Below, piece after piece: positions 1-14,950 of a stretch of DNA of 64,000 nucleotides. Made by a program: the position numbers and the translations under genes. Each line of letters starts with the position of its first letter. Within the stretch, counting starts at the first letter, position 1. The notes under the pieces are model-generated. The model did no database searches, was not told where the DNA came from, and was given only the letters and a program-made list of their open reading frames with translations. The stretch comes from the human T2T-CHM13v2.0 reference genome, Homo sapiens, in the NCBI RefSeq assembly GCF_009914755.1, contig NC_060941.1; one strand, given 5' to 3'.

Positions 1-305
1 GATGGGCTTTCCTGGAAGAAGTACTCATAGGAAAACCCAAAAGCTCAACAGATGCTGTCTCCTTGGTTAACATTAGGAGCTATGATCTCCATCTTCCCAT
101 GGCATTAGAGGTTTAGATACTGAGGATCAGAGAGGCAAGTTCAGCATCAGAAGGCAGGAAGAGGCAGAAATCTGGACACCGATTCCTAACTCTAAAGCTG
201 CGTCATCTCTAGTGCATCTCATCAGCTCTTCCCAATGGCACCAATCAACTTTAGCATACTGGCCAGCCGGAATAGATGTCCTTGGGCATTCTTAAGATCT
301 GAGAC

Positions 306-855
306 TGTGATGGTTAATTTTAGGGTATCAGCTTGACTGGGTTGAGGAATGCCTCAGTGGCTGGTGGCGTCCATCATTCCTGGGTGTGTCTGTGAGAGTG
401 TTTCCAGAGGAGACTCACATGTGAGCCAGCGGGCTGAGAAGGAGACCCGTTCTCAGTGTGAGTGTGCACTGTCCAATCAGCTCAAGGCCAGGCTGGGGAC
501 AAACAGGCAGAAGAAGGAGGATTCTCTCTCCCACCTTTCTGGAGCAGGATGCCTTTTCTCCTTGGACATCAGACTACAGGGTCTTTGGCTTTTGGATTCT
601 AGGACTTGTACCAATGGCCTCCCGGGGCCCTCAGGCCTTCAGCCTCCAACGAAGGTCTGTGCTGTTGGCCTCCCTGATTCTGAGGCTTCTGGACTTGGAC
701 TGAGGCATGCTACGGGCTTCTCTGATTCTCCAGCTTGTGGATGGCCTATCATGGGACTTCTCCACCTCTGTAATCACAAGGGCCAATGCCCCCTAATACC
801 TTTCTTTTCATATATCCTACTGGTTCTGTCTGCCTGGGGAACCTTGACTAATACA
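306..855 (+). mobile_element. MLT2B-type (ERVL) solo LTR
   Basis: Starts TGTGATGGTTAATTTTAGG, contains CTGGGTGTGTCTGTGAGAGTGTTTCCAGAGGAGAC, ends GACTAATACA; TG...CA termini; degenerate flanks GAGAC/GATAT. Confidence 0.85.
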
Positions 856-1713
856 GATATGGAGCATTTGAAATGAGAGGATTTCTGATCCTGTTCTTCA
901 AGAAGCAGTAGGTCAGAGCATACCTCTTTAAAATAACTTCTGGATAGTTTCACAGTTAGAAAGAATCAGCTTCAGGTGATCTTGAAGATCCCACTTGGAT
1001 TCCACTCTCCAGCTCTCAGGAAGCTCTGGCTTCCTTACTTCTTCTGGGATTTTCCTTTCATGCTGGGGAGAGATGCTCCCTCACCACTACCCAGCCCATG
1101 GGACACACCGAGTCTGGTGGAGGATGCTGTGACCTGTGGTGCTTGTGATTGGTAAGCCTTGGGGCACTTGAGGGAGGGAGAGGAGAAGGTGGCTGCTTGA
1201 TAAGAAAGATGAGATGCATATAATTGCCACTGATATTTGCAGCCGCTGTAAATCCCCTCAAAGAGACCCTGAATCTCTAATGGGGCACTTTCACAGGGAG
1301 ATGGGATCCAGCTTGATTAATCAATTGTGGCTTCATTAGTTTCTCCCTGATATTTAATAGTAGTTAAAACCCAGCCCTCCAGGACCGGGCTTAGGCCACC
1401 CACACCAAGAGGAAAAGTGTCAGCCTGGGAGGGCTCAAGTCAACAAGGGACGGGGCTGGTTTTCCTCCTGTTAGGAGCAAATCTGTTCTCATGCTTCATT
1501 ACTTAATCAGTTGCTACAAGGGAAGATTAGATACAAAGATAGAGGATTAAACAAAAAACACTGGTAGTAAGACACTTAGAAAGTAGGGGAGAGAGAGAGC
1601 TGGCATTTACAGAGCACTCAGATCCCTCCTGAGCTTGAACCTTCTGGATTCTTCCTGAACATCTCTCTGCTATACATATATCACCTCATTTAGTCTTCAT
1701 CAAGAGCCTCCGA

Positions 1714-2370
<657 letters not shown>

Positions 2371-2599
2371 TAGAGAGAAGAAATGGAGACCCAGGGAGCT
2401 TAAGGATTTTGCTTGGCTGCCCAGGTGTAAGGATTGTGGAAGTCTAAGTTTATGTTCTTCATACTCTTCCAGTGCAGCCCAAACATTCAAAATCAGGGGT
2501 CGGCATACTACAGACTGCAGGCTAAATCCACCACACTGCCTGTTTCTGTGTGATCTGTGATCTAGGAATGGTTTTTACATTTTTTTTTCCTCTTTTTGA

Positions 2600-3149
<550 letters not shown>

Positions 3150-3617
3150 TAGATATTATTTCCTTACTCTGGCTTTTGTTTATAAGCTGAATCCCTGAAA
3201 CAAATGGAGAAACTATTCCGTGGATAACAGCACTTCTTTAATTTGAAAGATATAATTTTGCCTATATTCTCAATATTATTTCCTTTCTTTGGTATTAAAT
3301 ATAAGTTGAATACTCGGTACGGAGTAAGGGGCCTACCACGTAATAGGTGGTCAATATATGTCTTGAATAAATATTGAATAAATATAAAAGCAACATTTAA
3401 CCTACTAAATCATAGTTTAGAAATTTCCTTTATTCTGATCTATAACAATCATTCAATGCAGTCCTACTGCATTAAACTTTTTAAAATGTTTACTTCTACA
3501 GTTGATATACAGTGTTATAATAAATTCTGACAGCATAAATTAAATCAATAGAAAAACTATTGTCCAGGCTGGTCTTGAACTCCTAGGCTCAAGTGGTCCT
3601 CCAGCCTTGGCCTTCTT

Positions 3618-3710
3618 GGCTGCAGTGAGCCGAGATTGCACCACTGCACTCTAGCCTGGGCAGCAAAGCCAGACCCTCTCTCAAAAAAATAAAAATAAAA
3701 TAAAATAAAA
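3618..3710 (+). mobile_element. Alu 3' fragment with (AAAAT)n tail
   Basis: GGCTGCAGTGAGCCGAGATTGCACCACTGCACTCTAGCCTGGG...CTCAAAAAAATAAAAATAAAAT. Confidence 0.9.
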
Positions 3711-4909
3711 TGAATAATCAGAAGCCCTTGGTGAAGATTAAATGAGGGCACAGGCATGAGCCACCGCACCTGACCTTTTAACATTTTTTAATGGTTAAAA
3801 AAATCAAAAGAATAATAATATTTCATGACACATGAAAACTGATATTCAAATTTTGGTGTCCATTAATAAGTTTTATTGGAACACAGATCTGCTCATTTAC
3901 TTATGGATTACCTCTGGCTGCTTTTGCCCCACCATGACAGAGTTGAATAGTTTTCACAGAGACATTGTGGACAGCAATGCTTAAAAATATGTAGTAACTG
4001 GGCTTTTACAGAAAAAGCTCACTAACCCCATTCAAACTGATTCCCAGTCATCCTAAATGACAGGAAAAGATGGATTGAGTTCAGACATGGATGCACACTT
4101 TATTGATAACCAACTTTGTTAGACATAATTAAACACTCAAAATTTCAGAAACATCAAACACTGTTCCATTACCAGCCAGGAATGGTCCCATGAGGGTTTT
4201 AGGATTTATAAGCATCATTAAATGTTGCAGTAGAGACTTCTCAGCCACTTCAATGATTTGCCTTGAAGGTACTTAATATTTTCAAGTAAATGCCAGGGTT
4301 GGAGTTTTGAGTGTAACTGGAAGAGTTTGCTAATTTCTTTGTCCCTGGATTATCATGTGCATGTGATTACTGCAAAAAAAAAAAAAAGTTTATACTTTCC
4401 CCAAAGTTGCTCAGCTCAGGGTTTGTGGCTGCCTAATTTATGAATGGTGGTGGTATACATCATGTTTGTCCCTTTCAGGTAAAAGGGAAGCAAAGGAAGA
4501 AAGAAGAAAAGAAGACAACCCATGTAGGATGTTAACCAGGTCACTGGTTTTATTGTCACATGCTTTTAAAAGAACATGCATGAGTGAGCTGTCTCACTTT
4601 CCAATCCAAGAATGTTTGATTCCACTGTGATGAAAAATTCTGTGACCTGGCAGGAAAACACTACAAGAAGGGCAGAAGCGGAAAATTCTTTCTATTTTCC
4701 AATATGGCTTTCTTTGATTCAAGAAAGGCCTCCTCTCCTCCACATCTCTGTCCTGCTCATGACCCCAGAAGATCTCAGGTTGACTGCATTTGTTCTATGC
4801 CTTCCTCAAGCTTCACCTCTTCTGTGAGCCTCCTGGGTGGGCTCCTTCTGGCTAAATCTTCCTCCTCACTGTTGCCTTTTTATCTTATGCAAGCACCTGC
4901 CTTATCTAA

Positions 4910-5389
<480 letters not shown>

Positions 5390-6950
5390 TGATGGAATAA
5401 TGAATAGGGTTGGGGGCACTGGCAGGGAGGGTGCCCACTGGGCTGAAATTCTGGGGCCTGAATGCATCACTCCCTTCGCCTCTGGATGAGAAAAAAGAGG
5501 GACAGTACCCATGAGGCCCCTAGGGAAGCCTTCTGCAGACCAAAAGACCTCTTTGAACAGAGGGCAGAGGAAACAGGTCTAGAGAAAGTGAATGTGAAGA
5601 TTCAGGCTTTAGAATGAGCCTTGCAGACCTGCTGGCAGTGACAAGAATTACCTGTGTACAGCACCTTGTGGTTCCCATGACCCCATTTAGATCTCATCAT
5701 GACCCTGTTGGGTGGATGTTATTTTCTGCTTTACAGGGGAGAGAGGCCAAACTCGTGATATGATCTGTCTGATATCACTTACTTAAACAGTTAAGTGGTG
5801 ACTCAAGCTTGGTCTTTTTTTTACAACCCGGTGAGCTTTCCTTCAGGAGGAAATCTACCTCTCTTTGTGACGGTGACTTCACAGAAAAATTCTAACCCCT
5901 TTTATTCCTGCTTTCTGGTAATCTTCAAGCATCTAGGTAATTATCACGTTCTTATGCATTAACTGTTCTCCCTCAAAACGAACGAAAACCCTAAACCGAG
6001 GCATTGGTGCCCTCTGTCCTAGGGCTTTTAATTGCTGTCTTCCTAGTGTTTTAGTGCTAAAAGCCTGCCCTTCAGGGTGGTGGAAGGAACCTGATGGGGG
6101 ACAGGGTTTTGACCTTAGAGCATGCAGGATTTAAAGCAGGAGGGCCAAATTCAGTCATCAGATGCAGGCACCAGGTGCACGACTGAGATGGGGGCTGTGG
6201 GAAATGTATGTGAAGCTGCTGAAAATTAGGACAGAATGGACACCAAGAGCCAGGTCACAGCCCAGCCGAAGAGTCTGTGACAATGGCTGCAAGAGGGACT
6301 GTGGGTCAGGGTGGACACCTGGGTTTTTGGGAGGGAAGGTTCAAGTTCACTTCTACACCAGTGCAGGAGCCATGCCTGTTTTTTTTTGTTTTTTGTTTTT
6401 TGTTTTTTTTGCCACTGAGTTTGGAATGAGGCCTGGCATCTTCTGGGATGGAGAGGATGCGGAATTCACTGTGACCAGGGTTTAAAGCACCACCAGGGGA
6501 ACTATGACAGCCTTCACGTGGAATCATTTCATGGCTTGGATGGGTTTGTATGAGAGATTATCAAACCCGGGCCTTTGTAAGGCATGGACACAGGGGAAGG
6601 GTCCAAGACCAGTGCTCCCTTTGTGTGGCTCATGGCATTGGGCACTGTGCTGGGCACTCCGTGGGTGATAAATTCAATGAATGGCACCCGCAGCCATCCC
6701 ATTAGGCAGCCTCAAAACCAAGAGTCAATCTTGATGCCTGCCTCCTCCTTTCACCCTCCAGTCACTGAATCTGTCAGTGATACTGCTGTGATAGCTCTGA
6801 ACTCTGCCCATTATTCTTCAACTTGTAGCTACCACCCTAGTCCAAGCCAGCATCACTTTTCTCCTGGAGTTCTGTAACATTCTCCCATCTGTTCTCCTCA
6901 CATGCCCTGGAGCCTGCACTGTCTCCACTGCCAACCTGCAGCCAGGGATC

Positions 6951-7110
6951 TTTTATTATTGATTGATTGATTTTAGATTCAGGGAGGTACCTATGCTTGT
7001 TTATTACACGTGCAAATTGCATACTGGTGGGGATTGGGCTTCTAGTGTACCTATTGCCCAAATAGTGAACACTGTACCCTGTAGGAAAATTACCCCCCTG
7101 ACTCTCCCCA
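6951..7110 (-). mobile_element. L1 (L1PB/old L1PA-type) 3' end fragment
   Basis: TTTTAGATTCAGGGAGGTAC...TTGGGCTTCTAGTGTACCTATTGCCCAAATAGTGAACACTGTACC matches an L1 3'UTR terminus. Confidence 0.75.
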
Positions 7111-7162
7111 CTATAAAAATGCAAATCTGATCATATCTGGAACTCCCCTTCTACCCCATTCC

Positions 7163-7323
7163 TTTTTTTTTTTTTTGAGATGGGGTCTCACTCTATCTCC
7201 CAGGCTGGAGTGAAGTGGTGTGATCATAGCTTACTGCAGCTTTGACCTACTGGGCTCAATCCATCCTTCTGCCTCAGTCTCCCGAGTAGCTGGGATTACA
7301 GGCATGCACCACCATGCCTAGCT
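7163..7323 (-). mobile_element. Alu right-arm monomer (FRAM or truncated AluJ)
   Basis: Poly-T followed by a single right arm only. Confidence 0.85.
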
Positions 7324-7350
7324 CTATTGTGCCTCAGGCCACACCTCAAG

Positions 7351-7673
<323 letters not shown>

Positions 7674-7794
7674 AGGTCAGGTCTTTCTGTTGTTTGCTCT
7701 CAAAGTATCATGTACTGTTCCTTCCAGGCCCTTATCATGTTTTTTAGGGATACTGTTTTTTTTTTTTTTTTTTTGCACGTGACATATTAATTCA

Positions 7795-7960
7795 TTTCCC
7801 CTCCACTAGACACTAAATTCTATGAGAAGGACAGTGCTTACTTTTGCTCATCCATGACCGTGTTTCCCAAGCAACCGATACTTGGTAGGCGTTGAATGAA
7901 TAAATAAATAAGTACATTTCAGTGAATGAAGGAAGGAATGCATAAATGGATGCATGATGA
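7795..7960 (+). mobile_element. L2 3' end relic
   Basis: CCACTAGAC...TTCTATGAG..GGACAG...GTAGGCGTTGAATGAATAAATAAAT, a typical L2 terminus. Confidence 0.65.
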
Positions 7961-8099
7961 GAGTAACGATGCATGGCAGCCTGCTGTGCAGGGATCAGAG
8001 GGAACACAGGACGAGACAGGGCACTAGGCTGCGACCTCTTGCTTCCTGGAAGAGCATGGAGACTCATTTTTGAAACATTTCCTTAAAACATGTTTTATT

Positions 8100-8448
<349 letters not shown>

Positions 8449-9164
8449 CTAAGAGGCTTCCCTAAATGGATGTAGCTATAGCAAACTAAAACTGGAATTA
8501 CATAATGTAATCTGACCCCCTAAAAAGCAAATTTGTTCTTATCTAGGCAAAAATAAACAAACTAGAGGTTATAATGTAACATGAGTGAATCTTTTAGAAC
8601 GAAGAGGAAGGGAGAGTGGAATAGGAAAGGTGAATACATAGGATGGGCCTGTAGAGTCTCATGTGACTTCTTTTGGCTACTTGGTGCTTGAATGATTTTA
8701 GCTCTGGGCCAAAGGCATTTGCCTCAGCGTGCTGCTCTCTCCGGAAACCAACTCTCCTCCACTTGTGCACCTGCAGGGTGAGGTGCGTCAGGACTGTTGG
8801 GTTGACCCCACTTTACAGATGGGACCACTGTAATTGCATGAACACAGTAACTGGGCCAGAGGCAACAAATATGCTTTCTCCTTCGCCCAAGCCCCTCCTT
8901 CATCCAGTGCACACACACTGCTCCATAAGTGAAAATGATTCCTACTGTCACCAGAATCCACCCTTACTCACCGTAGCAGGCTGAGACAAACACTGATCCC
9001 CCAAACCCACTCTATGCTGGTGCCCAAACAGCCAGTCTAGCTCCCAGTCTGTCTCTTTTACCTCCCTGGGTCAGTGCTCCTGAAGTGGGTTGGGGAGGGG
9101 TGGGGCAGTGGAGGTGGAGGCCTGGGGAAGAGGGCAGAGTTGTGTCAATGAGTACTGATGGTGT

Positions 9165-9640
9165 GATGGAAAGCTCCCAGGCTTTGGAGTCAGGTATTTC
9201 TAGGTTCAGATCATGGCTGATCTTGTAGCAATTTATTAAATCTTTCTGAGCCTTTGCATTCTCATCTGTGAAATGAGCATGGTAGGATCTACCTTGCAGG
9301 ATCACTGTAAGGACTGAATGTGGAAGGCAGCCAGCACAGACACTATGCATGCAGTTGGGACCCCTTAGGGTTTGCTCATTTTTCTCTTTATGTCTTTCCC
9401 TTTGGAAGTAACATGGTGCAGAAGATGGATGTGCATTTTGCAGCCAGGCTGACCTGGGTGAGATCCTGGCTTGACCATGGACTAGCTGTGTGGTGTTATA
9501 CAAGTGGCTTAACCTCTCAGAGCCTTTCTTTCTTCATCTATAAACTGGGGATAGCAGATGGGGGAGGGTCTGCCTTGCAAGTTGAGCATTACACAAGAAA
9601 ATGTGTGCTTAGTGCCTGGTGCAGAGTCTGGGAGTGAATT
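9165..9640 (+). mobile_element. Two adjacent MIR relics (further MIR relics at ~10330, 11085, 12960, 15930, 17260, 18040, 18820, 26160, 27400, 30070, 30460, 30720, 32690, 34100, 39820, 43640, 44790, 52880, 62630)
   Basis: MIR core motifs such as TCTGAGCCTTTGCATTCTCATCTGTGAAATG and AACCTCTCAGAGCCTTTCTTTCTTCATCTATAAACTGGG. Confidence 0.7.
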
Positions 9641-9732
9641 CATTACATGTAAATTTCCTTTTTGTGTTCTTTTGTGGATCGATGGAGTGATTCATAGTTA
9701 TTTGCCCATCTAGGGGTGATTGAATCTTACAA

Positions 9733-9763
9733 AACACACACACAAACACAAACAAACACACAC
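9733..9763. repeat. Imperfect (CA)n microsatellite
   Basis: Interrupted CA run read directly. Confidence 0.8.
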
Positions 9764-11532
9764 GCGGAAGGAGATGTGAGCCCAGGAGTAGCCCTGCAGA
9801 ATATTAACCAAGACATCTGCTTTCACAGCCTGTCTACACAAAGGGCTGTTGTGGATCCTGCTCGCGCTGGTATGCCGGTGGTGCACCAGAACCACAGCTT
9901 CGTACAAGGCAGAGGCTCTGTCTCTGATGGACTCTGCTCTGTCTGGCCCATGCAGCTTCCAAGACATCCTGGATGATAAAACTCCCCCTCTGTTATTCCG
10001 GGAAGTGTAGTTCCTTCCATTTCACTTATAAAAATGGCCATTAAAAGAAAACCAAAACCTCACATCCTAAGCTAACCCCTGAGGCTGTTTTTCTACATTT
10101 GTCCACAGATGGGGCAGAAACATTCCTTCTAGAGTTGTTCTTAGCACTAAGGTTTTTTGGAAACCTAGCAAGAGCTGAGTGTTCGTGAAGAAATGGGTGC
10201 TTTGCTCTGACATTGCTAGTTCTCTGAAAGCTCCCAATGCATGTATGTTTCATCAGCTTTGTGTGAAATGTGGAGAGTGGGAAAAGGGTTTCTACGAAAC
10301 TTCTGCCTGCCTCAAACTGTATTTAAATGAATTTTGGGCTTTGGAGTGAGACCCACCTGGGTTTACTTACCATTTACTTACCTTGAGCAGATGCCTTAAT
10401 CTTTTTGAACCTCGGTTTTCTCACTTATAAAATGGGAGAGGCAGGAGAGTCACCAGTTCAGAAGCTTGTTAGGATTCAATGCTATAGTGTTTGTTCAGCA
10501 TCTAGCATGGAAAAATATAACTACTTGGCAGTGTTCCTCTCTCCTTCTCATCATTTTTTCAGAGGTCAGTTCAAAGGATGAGCTAATTAGGGGTGATAAT
10601 GCCAAGCTCCCTCAAACAGGGCATGAGTGTAGGTGTCCACCTGGCCGAAGAGGACAGCAGGCCTCTAGGTTGCTTGTAGGCAGCACTTTCAGGGCCTCGG
10701 GACCTGATTGTCCAGGCAAAGCAAGGCATAAAGGAAAGTTGGGGTTGCACATGCTGTAGACACAGGTCCTGGTGGCTCTCTCCCCTGCTTACTGGACTGC
10801 ACCTTCCCACCTGTCCTTTCTCACCACAGTCATTTTGCAGTTGTGGCCCCAGCAGATGAATCTTCCTTTCCCAGTGTTCAGGTGATATCACCTGGGCACC
10901 GAGGGCTTCCAGGTGTGAGGCTGGTGACTTTTTGATTGGCTGTGGTTTAAGCAGTGGCCGCTGATCAGTCAAATGATGCTTGCTTCAGGCGATTTCTTCT
11001 CCACTCCCCAACTCCTCCCCACCCTACTCACGACATCATTTTGTCTCCCCTTCCCTTTTCAGGGTAGATTGGTGGGAGAAGCATGGGTCTTTGAGTCAGA
11101 CCACAAATTCGGGCTCACCATTGTCATATGTGACGTCTGACATTATTGAACCTCTCCAAGTCTTAGTTTTTTTATCTGTAAAATAAGGAGATTATGCCTG
11201 TCTCAACATTTCTAAAATCACTTCTATGGAATTCTGGTTTGGTGGGATGCCACAGGTGTCACATAAACAAAGATATATGTGATTTGAAAAGTATGAGCAA
11301 TGCTGGGTCAGGTGAAGATAAAGACACTTCTTCACTACAGGACTTCTTGCAATGTGAATCTTCAAGAAGGCCGTATAATATTCAACATTTCCAAACTTAT
11401 GTTACTACCATTTTTTTTTAAACAAACAGAATATCCCCTTAGACATGAAAGGTGATATAATGTAGTGGTGAAGCACACAGGCTTGGGAGCCAGATGGCTT
11501 GAGCACAAGCCCCACCTTTGTTCCTTACTAGT

Positions 11533-12040
11533 TGTATCAGCTGTTTACTACCGTATGACAATTGACCACAAGCATAGTAGCTGAAAACAATGCACTTTCG
11601 TTATATTACAGTTTCCATGGGTCTGGAATCCAGTAGAGCTGAGCTGAGTCATTGCTTCAGTGTCTCTCATGAGGCTTCAGTCAAGGTGCAGGCCAGGATT
11701 GGGCTCTCATCTGAAGTCTCTGCTGGGGAAGGATCTGCTTCCAAACCCATGGGACTGTTGGCAGGACTCAGTTCCCTATGGGCTATTGGCTGGAGATGTG
11801 GGCCTTTCCAGCATAACATTCTGCTTCATTAAAGCCAGTGAAGAAGAGAGTGTGCTAGCAAGATGGAAGGCACAATCTCCTGTAGTCTAATCATGGAAGT
11901 AACAGCCTGTCTCCTTTGCTATATTCTGTTGGTTAGAAGCAGTCACTAGGCCAGCCTACACTCAAGGAGAGAGACTATGTGGTGGTGTGGATACCCGAAG
12001 GTGGGGTCTTCAGAGACCATCTGAGAGCCTGCCTGTCCCA
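11533..12040 (-). mobile_element. MLT1E/F-type MaLR solo LTR inserted in a MIR (MIR ~11455-12190)
   Basis: TG...CA termini with perfect 5-bp TSD CTAGT (11528-11532/12041-12045); GGGGAAGGATCTGCTTCCAA and ATTCTGTTGGTTAGAAGCAGTCACTAGG motifs. Confidence 0.88.
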
Positions 12041-13722
12041 CTAGTTGTGTGACTTTGGGCAATTACTGAATTCTTCTCATTTGTAACATTGGTATGATAA
12101 TAATATCTTTATAAAGTTGTTGTGATTAAATGAGCATATATAAAACAGTGTTTGGCAAATAATAGGCCCTATATAAATATTTGCTTTTATAGTTACCTAG
12201 ACCGGTGTCTGGCACATAGAGAAAGCACAGTAAACATTGGTTGAATCAATGCAATTGTAGTTCCATTGCAGTTACATGGAACATGCTTTGGGAAGGCTGC
12301 CCTACTTAAGAATGCTGCAAGGATTAGATGTGATCAGCTATGTGAAGCATCTAGCACAGTCCCAGGCACATGCTAGGTCCCCAGTCAATGTTAGTTTCCC
12401 CTCCTACTTCCAGGTTTGGATGTAGAGCTGAGATTCAAAGCTTAAGAGAGGTCAGGTTCCAGCTTCTCCTTCTGTTCACCTCCTCCTTCTTTCCCTCCTT
12501 CTCTCTTTCCTTCTCTTCCTCCTTCCCTCCTACACCAATAGTAATTTTCTCGGTACAGTGCCTGGTTGGTGCCATCAGCAGTTAAATGCTTCATAGTGGC
12601 TCTGGATGAGGCTGGCAATGACAATTAAGTGTACTTCAGGGGCCTGGGTGGAGACGGAAATGAGGTGAATGGGGGAAAAGAGAATAAACGGCTAAGAAAG
12701 TGGAAAAAAAGACACAGAAAGGACCACTTTGAAGAGCAATGTTATTTTTTCTCTATGTACCTAAGAGTTCTGAGATGCTTTAATAATCACTGTTAGAATC
12801 TTAAAAACACTTTTCCACGTTTTTCTTCCTTCTTAGCTTCCCTTAATCACTATATTCAAAGCAGATATTTCTTCCCAGTGTTCTCCTCTGCAAATTGTTG
12901 CCTCATGTCTACTTTTAAGTGAATCAAAACTGACCCGATGAGTTAATAAAAACAACTGACATCAGCCTGGTGCTCTGCATTTGCAACTCGCTTTCACATA
13001 CATTGCATTTGAAACTTGCAACAACCCAGGGAGGTGGGTATTGGAATATTGCTGTTTTCTTCATTTTATGGTGGACAGAAAGCTTGGGGATGCTGAAGTG
13101 AAGTGATCTTGAACAGATGTCAGCATCAGGACCTGTACCTCAGCATCTAACACCAAGCCAAGGCATTCTTCCCACTCTATCATTCATAGGCAGTTCATAT
13201 TAATGGCAGCTTATTAATAAATTGTGAGAAACAAACCCAGGCCATTATATAGCAACATTATTTGTTGGCTGTCAGTTGGGGAACAATGAACATCTTTAGT
13301 TTTGAGAAACAGTTATCAAACTCTTCCTACTTAGCCTCCCTGAGTCTTACAAGACACTCTCATATTTTAACTTGTCTTCTTTCAACCAGCAAAGGAATGA
13401 TTGGAAGCAAGGCTAGGTAAGGGGAGTGGCTGCCTAGAATGACTTGGCTTATCAGGAAGGCTCTTTGGTGTCTTTTGGCTCTATCCCTTATGCTGGCTGT
13501 CCTCTATGGAGCAGGCTGGGCACTTGGCTGTGATGCCAGTGACTGGGCACTCAGACCCCTCTTGTTCCATCAGTGCCCAGAAAGGGGCCAACAGCAACAA
13601 CTTCTGGATGCATTCTTCTTTGCTCTCTTGGAGAGGCCAGTCTTGAGCACAGTTTTCTCTTGGCGATGGGCTGGATCCAAAGACTTGGTTGGCTCCTTCT
13701 CCCATGTCCATATTGCTTTTGT

Positions 13723-13953
13723 CCTGTGGTTCCCAATTAGGCATGATTTTGCTCGTACTTCCTACCTCCTGGGGACATTTGGCAATGTCTGGAGACAGTT
13801 TGGATGGTCACAACTGGGTGGGGAGGAGGGAGTTATTGGTATTTGGGGTGGAGGCCAGGGCTGCAGCTAAACTTCCCAAAATGCACAGGACTGCCCCCCA
13901 CAACAAAGAATTACCCAAGCAAAATGTCAGCAGTGCTGAGGTTGAGAAATCCT
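13723..13953 (+). mobile_element. MER20 hAT-Charlie DNA transposon fossil
   Basis: GGGGACATTTGGCAATGTCTGGAGAC...GGAGGCCAGGG...CCCCCACAACAAAGAATTA...TGCTGAGGTTGAGAAATCCT. Confidence 0.9.
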
Positions 13954-14749
13954 ACTTAGCCCTATTCTTTTAGGAGGTCCAGTAGGTCTGGAGGTTGAGG
14001 CAGAAGAAGAAGGAAACTGGGTGTTTGTCTTTTTACATCTCAGAGTACTCTGTAGGGATGGGCTCAGGCTGCTAAGGAGGTACTTGTCTTCAGGGCACCC
14101 CATCACTGCCCCCCACAACCCCTACTTATCTAGCCCTCCTTTATCTGTGTTAATTCTGTTTTAAACCAGTACTGTTTGACAGGCAGAAGCATCTTCCCCC
14201 GAGTTCCTATGCCCGGCCTGCTTTTGGCCGTGGCCTTGATGGCTCCGGTTGGGAATCCATGTGTTACTGTTTGGAGAGAGTCATATTTTTTACAGCAACA
14301 TAACCCATTTTACCTTTATGGTAATTGTTTTGGAATAAGAAGTAATCATCCAGGACTGACCAACTTGCTTTTCTAAGTGCTCCTTTCTCACTCCTGGCAA
14401 ATTGCTTTGAGAATTGAACAAAGCCCGGCTCAATCATGCAGGATATCCATTCCAAAGGATGCCGGTGAAGTAAATCTCTGTTAAGCCAGCTCAAGCCATG
14501 CCTCCTCCTCCCTTTTCCCAGAGATCAAATAGTGAGCGTGTGCTTCATTCCACATGCCCCTTGTCTTGGGGATGGGTGCTTTAAGCCTGGGGCTTGACCA
14601 GGGCACTTGCGATGCTCACGGGACTGCATAGGAAACTTGGTGCAATAGACTGTGGTATTAAAGAGCTTTTGGTCCTTGGGGCTGAGGTCGGAGTTAGCAC
14701 TTTCCACGTGGCTGTTGAAGTTAATTTATGGAAGGCTTTCCTTGACGTA

Positions 14750-14950
14750 TATCCTATGGAATGTTAAATAGGTATTGATTGAAGAAGTAGTCAAATGGGT
14801 TGGAGAAACTCATGTTCTTTGCTGCAGGACTTCTCAAGGTCTTTAAATGGTTAATGAGCTGTATGACTTGTCAAGAGGAGGATATAGCTATGTGGTTATT
14901 TCCCAAATTTATTTGGTCTTAGAACTCTGTTTTTAATGGAGCATCTCCCA
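14750..14950. mobile_element. MER103-like hAT fossil
   Basis: TGCAGGACTTCTCA...TTTAA and TTTCCCAAATTTATTTG motifs. Confidence 0.55.

Noticed and set aside
349-876. 175-aa ORF
   Set aside because: Lies essentially within the MLT2B LTR; no recognisable domain; chance ORF.
4465-4485. Recursive splice site (CAG|GT)
   Set aside because: The reconstituted donor GTAAAA is weak; kept only as a possible acceptor.
6001-6505. CTCF-like motifs (TGCCCTCTG, CCACCAGGGGA)
   Set aside because: Only half-site matches; not distinguishable from chance.
13439-13870. 143-aa ORF with a hydrophobic, signal-peptide-like N-terminus
   Set aside because: The C-terminal third runs into MER20; there is no promoter, exon structure or homology I can recognise. 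Ribo-seq or PhyloCSF evidence would be needed.
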